From Clostridia bacterium (lineage in GTDB: Bacteria > Bacillota > Clostridia > TANB77 > CAG-465), in assembly GCA_026415435.1 (NCBI GenBank), contig JAOAHC010000041.1, positions 4,290 through 68,289 on the forward strand: a stretch of DNA of 64,000 nucleotides, given 5' to 3'. This document shows, piece by piece, positions 19,506-28,879 of the stretch. The position numbers were made by a program, and so were the translations under genes. A model generated the notes under the pieces. It was not told the DNA's origin and searched no databases. It saw only the letters and a list, made by a program, of their open reading frames with translations. How positions within the stretch are numbered: position 1 is the first letter of the stretch; every line of letters begins with the position of its first letter.

Positions 19506-21104
19506 ATGAGTTTTATAAAAATAGGAAAAAATTATTCAAATGTTATCTTAAAAACATTTTGTATATATATATTAATGTTAATATGCTCAAATATTTATAT
19601 TTGGGCTGATTCTGTTAATAATGGTACAAGTACGGCTTTAAATACTGAAAATAAAATTGATAATAATAGTTATTCAGAAATGCAGAATGTATTAAACAAT
19701 ATAAGAGAAGAAATAAATGAAATGGACGTTAAGCTACAAAAAATAAGATCTAAAAGTGAATATCAAGCATATCCAGCAGTAAGACTTAATGTTGACACCC
19801 CAATATTTGGTATATATTCTGTTACAAATAGAAGATTAAAAATAACAGAAGATGTATCACCAGCTGATATAACTAGCGGCTATTCTATAAGAGATATTAT
19901 AAAATCTAATAAGCTTAAAGTACCTAGTTTTAAAGTGGTATCTTTTGTAGTTATAACAAGAGATATAAAAATTAATAATTCTATGACTAAATCTGATTAT
20001 AATATTTGTATTAATAAACTTCTTAAGTATTTAGAAGTAGCAAAAAATATTAACAATTCAATAGATAGTCAAATAAATAATATATTAAATTCATATAAAG
20101 GTAAAGATATAATTGAACTTAAAAATAAGTTAAATGACAATTTAAATGAAATAAATAATGAAAATCAAATTGTTATAGATTCGATAAATAAACTAAACTT
20201 ACTTCAGTATGATGGAGCATATGATTATTACAAGCAATCATATGATATTAAACAAAGTGTTGATGAATTTTCAAAATTAATAAATAATTCCCTTACAAAT
20301 GATGAAAATATAAAAAATATTGAGAGTAATGTTGCAAAAATAAAATCAAGCACGGATATTCTTAAGGAGAAAGTAGAAAACTCATATAATGAAAGTATAA
20401 AAAATATTGATAAACTTAAAATGTTGACTTACGTACAACAAAAAATGGATGATCAAATTAACTATTTAAATCAATATATAAAAAATAGCCAAAAAGACCT
20501 AAATATGGGTATAGACTATACACAAAGTTTGAATATAAGTGATGCATATATTATGGATAGTAATATTATATACAATATTACATCTAGAAATATTTTAAAA
20601 GAACTTGAAAACTATAAAGATATTGTAGATTCAAAAATAATTGAACTTAGTGAAACTAATAGTTCTGATGTTCAAAATATTGATACAACTACATTAACTC
20701 AAACAGGGAATGAAATTAATGCAACAAATAAGTTAGATTCAGATCTTGAACTTATTCAAAAAATAAATACAATATATATTGATTTTTTGAATAAAACGCA
20801 CACATTTATTTTAAATAATATAAATTTTCTTAATAATAAATCAAAAAATGATATATCATATCTGACAATGAATACATCTATAGAAATATATAATTATATA
20901 GAATATGTTTATTCAAATCTACCTAATATTGTTGAAAAAACAGAGCAAAGTATAGATAAAAATAGTATATATAGTTTAAGTAATACTGTACAAAATTTAA
21001 AAATTGAACTTAATAATATAAATCAATATAGCGTACAGATTGATGGGTTATACATTCAAAACTATAAAACTACCAGTGTAGATAGGAGTAGTAATTCTAG
21101 GTAA
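19506..21104 (+). CDS. secreted Asn/Ile/Lys-rich coiled-coil protein (532 aa), hypothetical
   Basis: N-terminal signal peptide (cleavage near IWA|DS); long heptad-like low-complexity helical regions; RBS ggggatga. Confidence 0.5.
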   Translation: MSFIKIGKNYSNVILKTFCIYILMLICSNIYIWADSVNNGTSTALNTENKIDNNSYSEMQNVLNNIREEINEMDVKLQKIRSKSEYQAYPAVRLNVDTPIFGIYSVTNRRLKITEDVSPADITSGYSIRDIIKSNKLKVPSFKVVSFVVITRDIKINNSMTKSDYNICINKLLKYLEVAKNINNSIDSQINNILNSYKGKDIIELKNKLNDNLNEINNENQIVIDSINKLNLLQYDGAYDYYKQSYDIKQSVDEFSKLINNSLTNDENIKNIESNVAKIKSSTDILKEKVENSYNESIKNIDKLKMLTYVQQKMDDQINYLNQYIKNSQKDLNMGIDYTQSLNISDAYIMDSNIIYNITSRNILKELENYKDIVDSKIIELSETNSSDVQNIDTTTLTQTGNEINATNKLDSDLELIQKINTIYIDFLNKTHTFILNNINFLNNKSKNDISYLTMNTSIEIYNYIEYVYSNLPNIVEKTEQSIDKNSIYSLSNTVQNLKIELNNINQYSVQIDGLYIQNYKTTSVDRSSNSR

Positions 21105-21129
21105 TATAAAAAAGAAAGGTAATAAATAT

Positions 21130-21588
21130 ATGTCAAATAATAAGTCACAAAACTATGTTAATATAAATAATAGAGAAATTAATTATAAATATGATGTATT
21201 GGAAAAAATAGAATGTGGCATAGAATTAAAGGGAACAGAAGTAAAATCAATACGAGATGCCATGTGTAATTTAAAAGATAGTTTTGCTATTATAAAAAAT
21301 GGTCAAGTTGTGCTTAAAAATATGTACATTAATCCCTATGAAATGGGTAATATTAACAATTCAAATCCAACAAGAGATAGAAAATTATTACTTAATAAAT
21401 TAGAAATATTAAAACTATATAATAACCTTAAACAAGGTGGATATACACTTGTACCAAATAGAATATATACTAAAGGTAGATGGATAAAATTAGAACTTGC
21501 CATATGTAAGGGTAGAAAACTCTACGATAAAAGGCAAGCTCTAAAAGATAAACAAGCAAAAAAACAAATTAATGCATTTAAATTATAA
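21130..21588 (+). CDS. smpB: SsrA-binding protein
   Basis: GTEVKS(I/L)R, LKDSFA, NPYE and RKLLL motifs; 152 aa. Confidence 0.85.
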   Translation: MSNNKSQNYVNINNREINYKYDVLEKIECGIELKGTEVKSIRDAMCNLKDSFAIIKNGQVVLKNMYINPYEMGNINNSNPTRDRKLLLNKLEILKLYNNLKQGGYTLVPNRIYTKGRWIKLELAICKGRKLYDKRQALKDKQAKKQINAFKL

Positions 21589-21893
21589 GAGTAAGTTAGT
21601 TATTTTTATTAGTTTTTCTTGTTCAGTCATAATAGGTGTAGTTTGTAAATTCTGTTTTGCTACAGTTTGTAAACAAATACCTCTGTTATTAAATCCAATT
21701 GCAGATATAGAAAGAATATTTTGACTCAATATTAAAAAAAATTGGGACAAAATATTTTGTTCTTCTGGTAGTAAATCCTTTGTCAAAATTATAGAAAATA
21801 TGGCTGCTGCGATTACTATATCAAATCCACAATTGTTGACTGTATAACAATCTAGCGAATGGTTAGTAATGTTATCTGTAAATGTAGTATTCA
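21583..21893 (-). CDS. small Cys-containing protein Z (103 aa), third gene of a minus-strand operon
   Basis: ATG at 21893 preceded by GTGAGGA; its stop overlaps the smpB stop in a TTATAA; hydrophobic central segment; 4 Cys. Confidence 0.45.
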
Positions 21894-21920
21894 TAATAAT
21901 CCTCACTAAAAATTATATTT

Positions 21921-22214
21921 TTAATCTTCCTCTATATTTACAGAAATAGCTACTATATGTTCTTTACACTTATTAGGTAGACATATTTCCGTAGTATAAT
22001 TTGTAAATATATTTCGTATAATCGCATAAACACCATTTTGTATTAAAACTGTAGCAAAATTTTCTTCAACATTTATTACATTTAATGTAAAACAATTTTG
22101 TAAGGCTACTGTCTGAGATGTTTCAGTTATTGTAACCATCTTTCTATTTACTTCCTTAAAGCATTTATTGCAACAAGTATCCACTATACTTAGTTGAACG
22201 ATAAAATCATCCAT
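21921..22214 (-). CDS. small Cys-rich protein Y (97 aa) with an N-terminal CC.KC motif
   Basis: ATG at 22214 preceded by AAGGATGTGA; 7 Cys including TCCNKC near the N-terminus; beta-rich composition. Confidence 0.5.
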   Translation of the reverse strand: MDDFIVQLSIVDTCCNKCFKEVNRKMVTITETSQTVALQNCFTLNVINVEENFATVLIQNGVYAIIRNIFTNYTTEICLPNKCKEHIVAISVNIEED

Positions 22215-22239
22215 AAAAATCACATCCTTAATAATAAGT

Positions 22240-22569
22240 CTAATCCGAACAATAAAGATTTGAAATGCCACAAGGGGCTAGAGTTGCACCTATATAAACT
22301 CTATACGTTCCACATTCACATGGTAAATCGAATACTCTAAAACTCCCATTAGGTATATTAAAAACTGTGGCGGGTAAACTTATATCATTTGATATGGAAA
22401 TGGTGGCAACATTACCAGTTCCATTCAAAAATGTTAACTTGTATCCGAAACTTAAATCAATAACGGTATTAGCATTAACGCTTGTATGTAAATTATCAAA
22501 GTTTCTTGTAATACCATTTTGACAAGTAAGTTGTCGTATATTTAATGTATAACAGCATGAACCTTCCAT
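22240..22569 (-). CDS. small Cys-rich protein X (109 aa) with an N-terminal SCC motif and C-terminal CxC...C...C
   Basis: ATG at 22569 preceded by GAGAGG; 7 Cys; beta-strand-like N/T/S/I/V-rich sequence; no signal peptide. Confidence 0.5.
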   Translation of the reverse strand: MEGSCCYTLNIRQLTCQNGITRNFDNLHTSVNANTVIDLSFGYKLTFLNGTGNVATISISNDISLPATVFNIPNGSFRVFDLPCECGTYRVYIGATLAPCGISNLYCSD

Positions 22570-22781
22570 AATATATAACCTCTCTAATATTAAATTATGT
22601 ATTTGTAATATAATATGATAGTATTAAGTATAATGTGTATACTTTAAAATATATATTTCTTAAGTATGATAAAAATCACTTTGTAGTTAACATAAGTTGA
22701 ATTTTTATTGAGAATATGATATAATATTAGTTAGAATATTAATATTATATCAAAACTAATTGGTTTAAAGGAGAGCATAGT

Positions 22782-23165
22782 ATGGATTATTACATGCATA
22801 TTGAGAAAATAATTGAGATTATGGAGAGAAATACTGGTAATCAGAATCTTCTTATTAATGATCTTAATTCAAATGAAGGAAATAAAATTGCTTCTTCACT
22901 TGTATACTTAAAAGGCTACATTGAATCCTTAATAAATACACAGAGAATTACTAGTTTAGAAGCTACACCAATTATTACTTTTATCATAGGAAGCATATCT
23001 ATATGTAATCAGTTAAAAGTTTTCTTAGAATATATGTTGCTAGTAGAAAAAATTGCAGAAAAAGGTGTACTAGATAACATATCATCACAAAGAGAAAATT
23101 TTGAAATTATGTATGAGGTAGTAAAAGGAATAAGCAATAAGTTTTCTGATTTATATTCTTTGTAA
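22782..23165 (+). CDS. hypothetical protein (127 aa)
   Basis: RBS aaggagag; own terminator downstream; no recognisable motif. Confidence 0.45.
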   Translation: MDYYMHIEKIIEIMERNTGNQNLLINDLNSNEGNKIASSLVYLKGYIESLINTQRITSLEATPIITFIIGSISICNQLKVFLEYMLLVEKIAEKGVLDNISSQRENFEIMYEVVKGISNKFSDLYSL

Positions 23166-23173
23166 TTAAACAC

Positions 23174-23212
23174 AGAAACTATCGTAAAATTTACGATAGT
23201 TTCTTTTTTTTA
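23174..23212 (+). terminator. rho-independent terminator (gaaactatcgtaaa / tttacgatagtttc followed by T8)
   Basis: perfect 14-bp palindrome followed by tttttttt. Confidence 0.8.
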
Positions 23213-23241
23213 TTGTAAATAAGCTAATACTTTGGTATAAT
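23213..23241 (+). promoter_or_regulatory. sigma-A-type promoter TTGTAA-N17-TGgTATAAT for era
   Basis: extended -10; followed by RBS aaaggag. Confidence 0.5.
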
Positions 23242-23276
23242 AAGTATGAAATTTAAAAGTTTGAAAAGGAGAATTC

Positions 23277-24200
23277 ATGTATAAATCAGGATTTGTAGCA
23301 ATAGTAGGTAAGCCAAACGCAGGTAAATCTACTTTAATTAATAAGTTAGTAGGGTATAAGGTGGCAATTACAACGCCTAAGCCTCAAACTACTAGATATA
23401 ATATAAAAGGAATATTAACGACATCTTCGTCTCAAATAATATTTATAGATACACCAGGGGTACATATGCCTAAACATAAATTAGGTGAATATATGATGAA
23501 AGGTGTATCAAACGCTATAAATGAGGTAGACGTTATAATATATTTAGTTGATGCAACAAAGTATAGAATTGATGGAGCAAATGAAAAGATTATTAATGAT
23601 TTAGTAGCATTAAATAAAAAAATTATACTTTGTGTTAATAAAATAGATAAAGTAAAAAAAGACGAATTACTTACAGTTATAAATACATATAACGAATATA
23701 TAGTAGGGTTGGGACGTAGTTTTGCTGAAATTATACCGGTTTCTGTTTATAAGGATGATGGACTTGATATTTTAGTTAAAAATGTGGAAAAGTATCTTCC
23801 AGAGGGTGATCAAATTTACTTAGATGATGAAATTACAGATATAAGTGAAAAAGAAATAGTAGAAGAGACAATAAGAGAAAAATTACTTAATAATTTAGAT
23901 GAAGAGGTACCACACGGTATAAATGTTCAAGTTGAGTCGTTTAAAGAGGTACAAGAAATTATTAATAAAGAAATTGTTAATAAGTATGATATCCAAGTAA
24001 ATATTATATGTGAAAAAGCATCTCATAAGGGTATTATAATAGGTAAGTCTGGAGAGATGTTAAAAAAGGTACGTCTACAGTCTAAAAAAGAAATTGAAAA
24101 AATGTTGGAAACAAAGGTAAGTCTAGAGCTTTGGGTAAAGGTAAGACCTGATTGGCAGAAAAAAGATATATATTTAAACAATATAAAAAATAAAATATAG
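23277..24200 (+). CDS. era: GTPase Era
   Basis: G1 motif GKPNAGKST, DTPG, NKID and a C-terminal KH domain; ~300 aa. Confidence 0.9.
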   Translation: MYKSGFVAIVGKPNAGKSTLINKLVGYKVAITTPKPQTTRYNIKGILTTSSSQIIFIDTPGVHMPKHKLGEYMMKGVSNAINEVDVIIYLVDATKYRIDGANEKIINDLVALNKKIILCVNKIDKVKKDELLTVINTYNEYIVGLGRSFAEIIPVSVYKDDGLDILVKNVEKYLPEGDQIYLDDEITDISEKEIVEETIREKLLNNLDEEVPHGINVQVESFKEVQEIINKEIVNKYDIQVNIICEKASHKGIIIGKSGEMLKKVRLQSKKEIEKMLETKVSLELWVKVRPDWQKKDIYLNNIKNKI

Positions 24201-24281
24201 GTTAAATTTTTACAGTTTATTCTAAAAATTATTGTATGTAGAGGTCTGTTTTACATATAATACTATTGGGTGATAATTATG

Positions 24282-24482
24282 TATGAAGATTTAGCTTGGG
24301 ATAATTTTTTGAAAACTGGCAATTTAGAAAGTTTCTTAGAATATAAAAAAATGGCTGATATTAAAGATAACATAGAATCTACCGTTAATGGTTTTGTAGA
24401 AACAGACGAAGTAATAGAGGGTGTTTTGTTAAATGAGACTAGTCAAAGTAAAAGGGATAGTGATAAAGGAAATACCATATAA
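24282..24482 (+). CDS. YqzL-like small protein (between era and recO, as in Bacillus)
   Basis: DLAWDNFLKTGNLESFLEYKKM resembles the YqzL W..F..TG.I..YL..K pattern; conserved position; overlaps the recO start by 50 nt. Confidence 0.4.
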   Translation, partial: YEDLAWDNFLKTGNLESFLEYKKMADIKDNIESTVNGFVETDEVIEGVLLNETSQSKRDSDKGNTI

Positions 24483-25185
24483 AGAAAATGATAAAATAAT
24501 AACTGTACTGACAGATGAACTAGGAAAAATATCATGTATTGCAAAAGGAGCAAAAAAGACAAATAGTTCTTTGCTTGCATGTTCACAATATTTAGTATAC
24601 AGTGAATTTATATTATACAAAGGGACTAATTTTTATCACGTTAATTCCGCTACAGTAATAGATACATTTTATAACTTAAGAATAGATTTTGAAAGTTTAA
24701 ATATTGCCTTTGAGATTACAAGATTATTACAAACAACAACAGATGAAAATCAAGACACATCGCAAATTACTAAATTATTTTTAAACACATTGTTTTTAAT
24801 ACAAAATAAAAGTATTGATATAAAACTTGTAGTAGCAGTATTTAAAATAAAGCTTTGTACATTACTTGGGTTTTCACCTAATACTTTAAAATGTTTGAGA
24901 TGCGGTTTTAAATTTGATATAAAAAAAGTGGAAGAGTCTGATAAAGAAAAATTAAATACAATATATTATGATTATGTAAGTAACATGTTTTTATGTGCTG
25001 ATTGTGTTGATAAAAATGAAATGAAAAGATATATAAGTATTTCATATAATACTTTAATTGCTATAAATTATGTTATATTGTCTGATATAAAAAAGATATT
25101 TTCTTTTAAACTGGGAACAGTAAGTTTTAGAGAATTTATTGTATTTGCTCAGACATATACAGATACCATGACAACAGGAATATAA
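24433..25185 (+). CDS. recO: DNA repair protein RecO
   Basis: N-terminus ...KGIVIKEIPYKENDKIITVLTDELGKI...AKGAKK aligns with RecO; C-terminal zinc motif CLRCG...CADC. Confidence 0.85.
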   Translation: MRLVKVKGIVIKEIPYKENDKIITVLTDELGKISCIAKGAKKTNSSLLACSQYLVYSEFILYKGTNFYHVNSATVIDTFYNLRIDFESLNIAFEITRLLQTTTDENQDTSQITKLFLNTLFLIQNKSIDIKLVVAVFKIKLCTLLGFSPNTLKCLRCGFKFDIKKVEESDKEKLNTIYYDYVSNMFLCADCVDKNEMKRYISISYNTLIAINYVILSDIKKIFSFKLGTVSFREFIVFAQTYTDTMTTGI

Positions 25186-25221
25186 AAAGCTTAGGTTTTT
25201 AAATTTAACCTAAGCTTTTTA
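25184..25221. terminator. bidirectional terminator between convergent recO and glmS (aaagcttaggtt / aacctaagcttt flanked by A- and T-runs)
   Basis: perfect 12-bp stem. Confidence 0.65.
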
Positions 25222-25225
25222 TTAA

Positions 25226-27064
25226 TTATTCTACTGTAACTGATTTTGCAAGATTTCTAGGTTGATCTATATCGCAGTCCCTTAAAATAGCAGTTTTATA
25301 TGCTATAAGTTGCAATGCTACCATAGTCACAAGCGCTTGTGTAAAATCAGTAGCACTAGGAAGAACTAGTTTGATATCAAAAAATCCACTAGTATCTTCA
25401 ACACTTTTTATATATTTATCTTCTAAATCTCTAGTTGTTATAAATACTACAAATGAACCTCTAGCTTTAGTCTCTTTTACGTTGCTTACAGTTTTTTCAA
25501 ATAAAATTTCATCTGTTGCAACGGCAATTAAAGGTGTGCCTTGTTCAATTAAAGATATTGTACCATGTTTTAATTCACCTGCAGCGTAAGCTTCACTATG
25601 CATATATGATATCTCTTTTAATTTTAAAGAACCTTCTAAACAAACGGCATTATCTATCCCGCGACCGATATAGAAGAGATGATCATGTTTGTATATATAT
25701 TCAGATACTTTTTTATACTCCTCTTCATAGTTTTTAATAACGTCTGATATTGTGTTTTGAATATTTTTAAAATCATTATATATATGTTCTTCAAAAGTTT
25801 TATCTATTAATCCCTTTTTTATAGCAGTATTTAGAGCAAGAGTAGAGAGTACAGCTACTTGACTTGCATAACCTTTTGTAGTAGCAACGGCAATCTCAGG
25901 ACCTGCATGAGTATATATTGTTATATCAGATTCTCTAGATATAGTTGAACCCACAGCGTTTACTATTCCAAGCGTATGAGCTCCTTTTTGTTTAGCTATT
26001 CGTAAAGCTGCTAAAGTATCAGCAGTTTCACCAGACTGAGATATTATTATAACTAAGGTGTTGTTAGTTATAAGTTGGTTTTTGTATCTGTATTCTGAAG
26101 CTACTTCTACTGTAACTGGTATTAAAGCATATTTTTCAAATAAGAATTTACCTACAAGACCTGCATGCATAGCACTACCACAAGCAACTATATGAATATT
26201 ATCATAGTTTGAAATATCTATGTTTTGATCATAAGTGTTGTTTGAAAAATATCTTTCGAATACTTGTTTTAATACTTTTGGTTGTTCATTTATTTCTTTT
26301 AGCATAAAATGATCAAAGCCACTTTTTTGATATTCTGAGCTACTCCAAGTCGCAGTTAAAATCTCTTTTTCTATTTTTTCTAAATTAGAATTAAATATTT
26401 CAATACTATCCTTAGATATTTTAGCAAATTCTTCATGTTCTAATAGAATATATCTGTTTGTGTAATTTAAGATAGCTGAAATATCAGAAGAAATAAAGTT
26501 TTCATCTGATGCCCCCACTCCTATAACAAGAGGACTATCTTTTCTTACAGCATATATTGTATCTGGTTCGTCATCAAAGATAATTGCAAAAGCGTATGAA
26601 CCTCTAAAATTTTTACATGATTGAGCGATACATTTAATCTTATTTTTTTCAGTTTTATATATTTCGTTTATATATGCACAAGCTACTTCAGTATCAGTTT
26701 GCGTTTTAAATTCAGTTCCTTTTAGAATTAAATCTTGTTTTAATTCTAAATAGTTCTCAATTATTCCATTGTGAACTAGAGTAACGTTTCCACATTTATG
26801 TGGATGTGCATTTGTCTCGTTTGGTACTCCATGAGTAGCCCATCTTGTATGACCTATTCCTAAATTTAGTGTACTAGTATTTTTAGACAATGATTCTTCT
26901 AGATTTTTAATTTTCCCAGTAGATTTATATAGGTTGATTTTTTCATTTTCGTAAACTGCAATACCTGCAGAATCATACCCTCTATATTCTAATTTTTTAA
27001 GTCCGCTAAGTAGAACTTCCTTAGCATTATTTTTGGTTCCTGTATATCCAATTATTCCACACAT
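25226..27064 (-). CDS. glmS: glutamine--fructose-6-phosphate aminotransferase
   Basis: MCGIIGY N-terminal nucleophile; 612 aa; two SIS domains. Confidence 0.95.
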   Translation of the reverse strand: MCGIIGYTGTKNNAKEVLLSGLKKLEYRGYDSAGIAVYENEKINLYKSTGKIKNLEESLSKNTSTLNLGIGHTRWATHGVPNETNAHPHKCGNVTLVHNGIIENYLELKQDLILKGTEFKTQTDTEVACAYINEIYKTEKNKIKCIAQSCKNFRGSYAFAIIFDDEPDTIYAVRKDSPLVIGVGASDENFISSDISAILNYTNRYILLEHEEFAKISKDSIEIFNSNLEKIEKEILTATWSSSEYQKSGFDHFMLKEINEQPKVLKQVFERYFSNNTYDQNIDISNYDNIHIVACGSAMHAGLVGKFLFEKYALIPVTVEVASEYRYKNQLITNNTLVIIISQSGETADTLAALRIAKQKGAHTLGIVNAVGSTISRESDITIYTHAGPEIAVATTKGYASQVAVLSTLALNTAIKKGLIDKTFEEHIYNDFKNIQNTISDVIKNYEEEYKKVSEYIYKHDHLFYIGRGIDNAVCLEGSLKLKEISYMHSEAYAAGELKHGTISLIEQGTPLIAVATDEILFEKTVSNVKETKARGSFVVFITTRDLEDKYIKSVEDTSGFFDIKLVLPSATDFTQALVTMVALQLIAYKTAILRDCDIDQPRNLAKSVTVE

Positions 27065-27099
27065 AATTTTACCTCCATAATTTTTAAATTTTCAAAGTA

Positions 27100-27285
27100 C
27101 GATTTTAAATATTTCTAAATTATATGTGTTTGTAGCAATATATGATTTTGCTTTTTTGTACATATATAACGATAATAGAAAGTACCGTGATAGCATCCGC
27201 TGACAAATCGACAACTATCATCCTCGTCAACATATATTATTTGCAATTATGATTTAATATATGTCCATGCGCTAATTAAACTTTC
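27100..27285 (-). ncRNA. glmS ribozyme (GlcN6P-responsive self-cleaving leader)
   Basis: Minus-strand leader reads ...UUAAUUAGCGCAUGG...GACGAGGAUGAUAGUUGUCGAUUUGUCAGCGGAUGCUAUCACGGUAC, matching the conserved glmS core GACGAGGAUGG.GG...UCGAAUU..CGGCGGAUGCC.CCCGG. It lies directly 5' of glmS. Confidence 0.7.
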
Positions 27286-27325
27286 AATAAATGATCACCT
27301 CTAAAATGAAAATCTAATTTGCTAT

Positions 27326-27354
27326 ATTATATTATATAAAATATAAAATGTCAA
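27326..27354 (-). promoter_or_regulatory. sigma-A-type promoter TTGACA-N17-TATAAT for the glmS leader
   Basis: minus-strand read: tttttTTGACAttttatattttatataaTATAATata. Confidence 0.5.
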
Positions 27355-27442
27355 AAAAATATAAAATATTTTATATAGTTTATAATATTTTTACAATATA
27401 CGATTTTAATCGATATAAATTAAATAAATAACAGTAAAATAA

Positions 27443-27471
27443 TTGAAAAAATGAGTATCCTGTGATATAAT
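27443..27471 (+). promoter_or_regulatory. sigma-A-type promoter TTGAAA-N17-TGaTATAAT for the glycopolymer locus
   Basis: consensus -35 and extended -10. Confidence 0.5.
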
Positions 27472-27490
27472 TCTAGCGGAGTTGATAGAT

Positions 27491-28858
27491 ATGGGATATA
27501 ATGTAAAAAGTGATATTAATCCTAATATATATAGAGGATATGATATCAGAGCAATATATGGGCAAGACTTAAATGAAGATGTAGCTTACACTGTAGGTTT
27601 AGGCTTTGGTTCATATGTACAAAAAAAAGGATACAAAGAATGTGTGATAGGCCATGATAATAGGGCTTCTTCAGATTCGTTATCAGATGCGCTAATTAGT
27701 GGTATAACAAGTACTGGGGTAGATGTTAAATTTATAGGGTTAGTTACAACACCTATGTATTATTACGCACAAAAATCACTTAAAATAGATCCAGGCATAA
27801 TGATAACTGCAAGTCACAATCCAAAGGAATACAATGGATTTAAAATGGCTTTTGATGATTTTGGTAACGCTTGTGGAGAAATGATACAAGAGTTTAGAAA
27901 ATTCGTTGAAAAGTTAGAATTTTCTAGTGGTACTGGTAAAGTTGAAAAGATTAATATAAGACAAGGATACTTAGATTTAATAAAAAACTCTTTAAAACTA
28001 GGAGATAAAAAGATAAAGGTAGTTGTTGATGCAGGAAATGGAACAACATCTATAATAGCAAAAGAAGCTTTTGAAATGATGGGACTTGACGTAATACCAA
28101 TATTTTGTGAATCTGATCCTGATTTTCCAAACCACCATCCAGATCCATCAGTTGAAAAAAACAATGAGTTTTTAAAAAAGGCAGTATTAGAGAATAAAGC
28201 TGACTTGGGTGTTGGTTTAGATGGCGATGGAGATAGAGTAGGTGTTATTGACGAAAAAGGTAATATGATATTCATAGATTATTTCGCTATAATAATTTGG
28301 CGAGATATAATGAGTAAGATTGAAAATAAAAATGCTTTGTTCGATGTTAAATGCTCGAAATCTTTAGCAGATGAAATAATAAAGCTAGGTGGAAATCCTG
28401 TATGTTATAGAACAGGTAATTCATATATGAAAGCTAAAATGAAAGAAGGAAATTTTGCTTTTGGTTCAGAACTTTCAGGACACGTATTTTTTAATGATAA
28501 ATGGCCAAATATTGATGATGGAATATATGCAGGTCTTAGACTTATTGAAATTTTATCTAATACAGATAAAACAGTAAGTGAGCTATTAGATGGTATAAAT
28601 AAATACTATTCTACACCAGAAATTAAGATAAAGTCATCAGATGATGAAAAATTTGGAATAATTGCTAATGTTAGAAAATATTGCGAAGAAAAAGGGTATA
28701 ATATTAATACAATTGACGGTGTTAGAGCTGAATTTGATAATGGTTGGGCTTTAGTTCGCGCTTCAAATACAGGACCAGATATTACTGTTAGATTTGAAGG
28801 TAAAACTGAAGATGACATGAAAAAAATAGAAGAGGAGTTTATGGGACTTCTAAAATAA
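27491..28858 (+). CDS. phosphomannomutase/phosphoglucomutase (alpha-D-phosphohexomutase family)
   Basis: Active-site loop TASHNP; ATG at 27491 after ggag; the N-terminus is not GlmM-like. Confidence 0.8.
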   Translation: MGYNVKSDINPNIYRGYDIRAIYGQDLNEDVAYTVGLGFGSYVQKKGYKECVIGHDNRASSDSLSDALISGITSTGVDVKFIGLVTTPMYYYAQKSLKIDPGIMITASHNPKEYNGFKMAFDDFGNACGEMIQEFRKFVEKLEFSSGTGKVEKINIRQGYLDLIKNSLKLGDKKIKVVVDAGNGTTSIIAKEAFEMMGLDVIPIFCESDPDFPNHHPDPSVEKNNEFLKKAVLENKADLGVGLDGDGDRVGVIDEKGNMIFIDYFAIIIWRDIMSKIENKNALFDVKCSKSLADEIIKLGGNPVCYRTGNSYMKAKMKEGNFAFGSELSGHVFFNDKWPNIDDGIYAGLRLIEILSNTDKTVSELLDGINKYYSTPEIKIKSSDDEKFGIIANVRKYCEEKGYNINTIDGVRAEFDNGWALVRASNTGPDITVRFEGKTEDDMKKIEEEFMGLLK

Positions 28859-28879
28859 AGAAAGGACAGAATTAATAAC

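Noticed and set aside
21589-22780. Looked for tmRNA (ssrA) downstream of smpB
   Set aside because: No GGGG...acceptor-like 5' end, no tRNA-Ala-like T-arm/CCA end, and the region is occupied by minus-strand protein-coding ORFs with RBSs.
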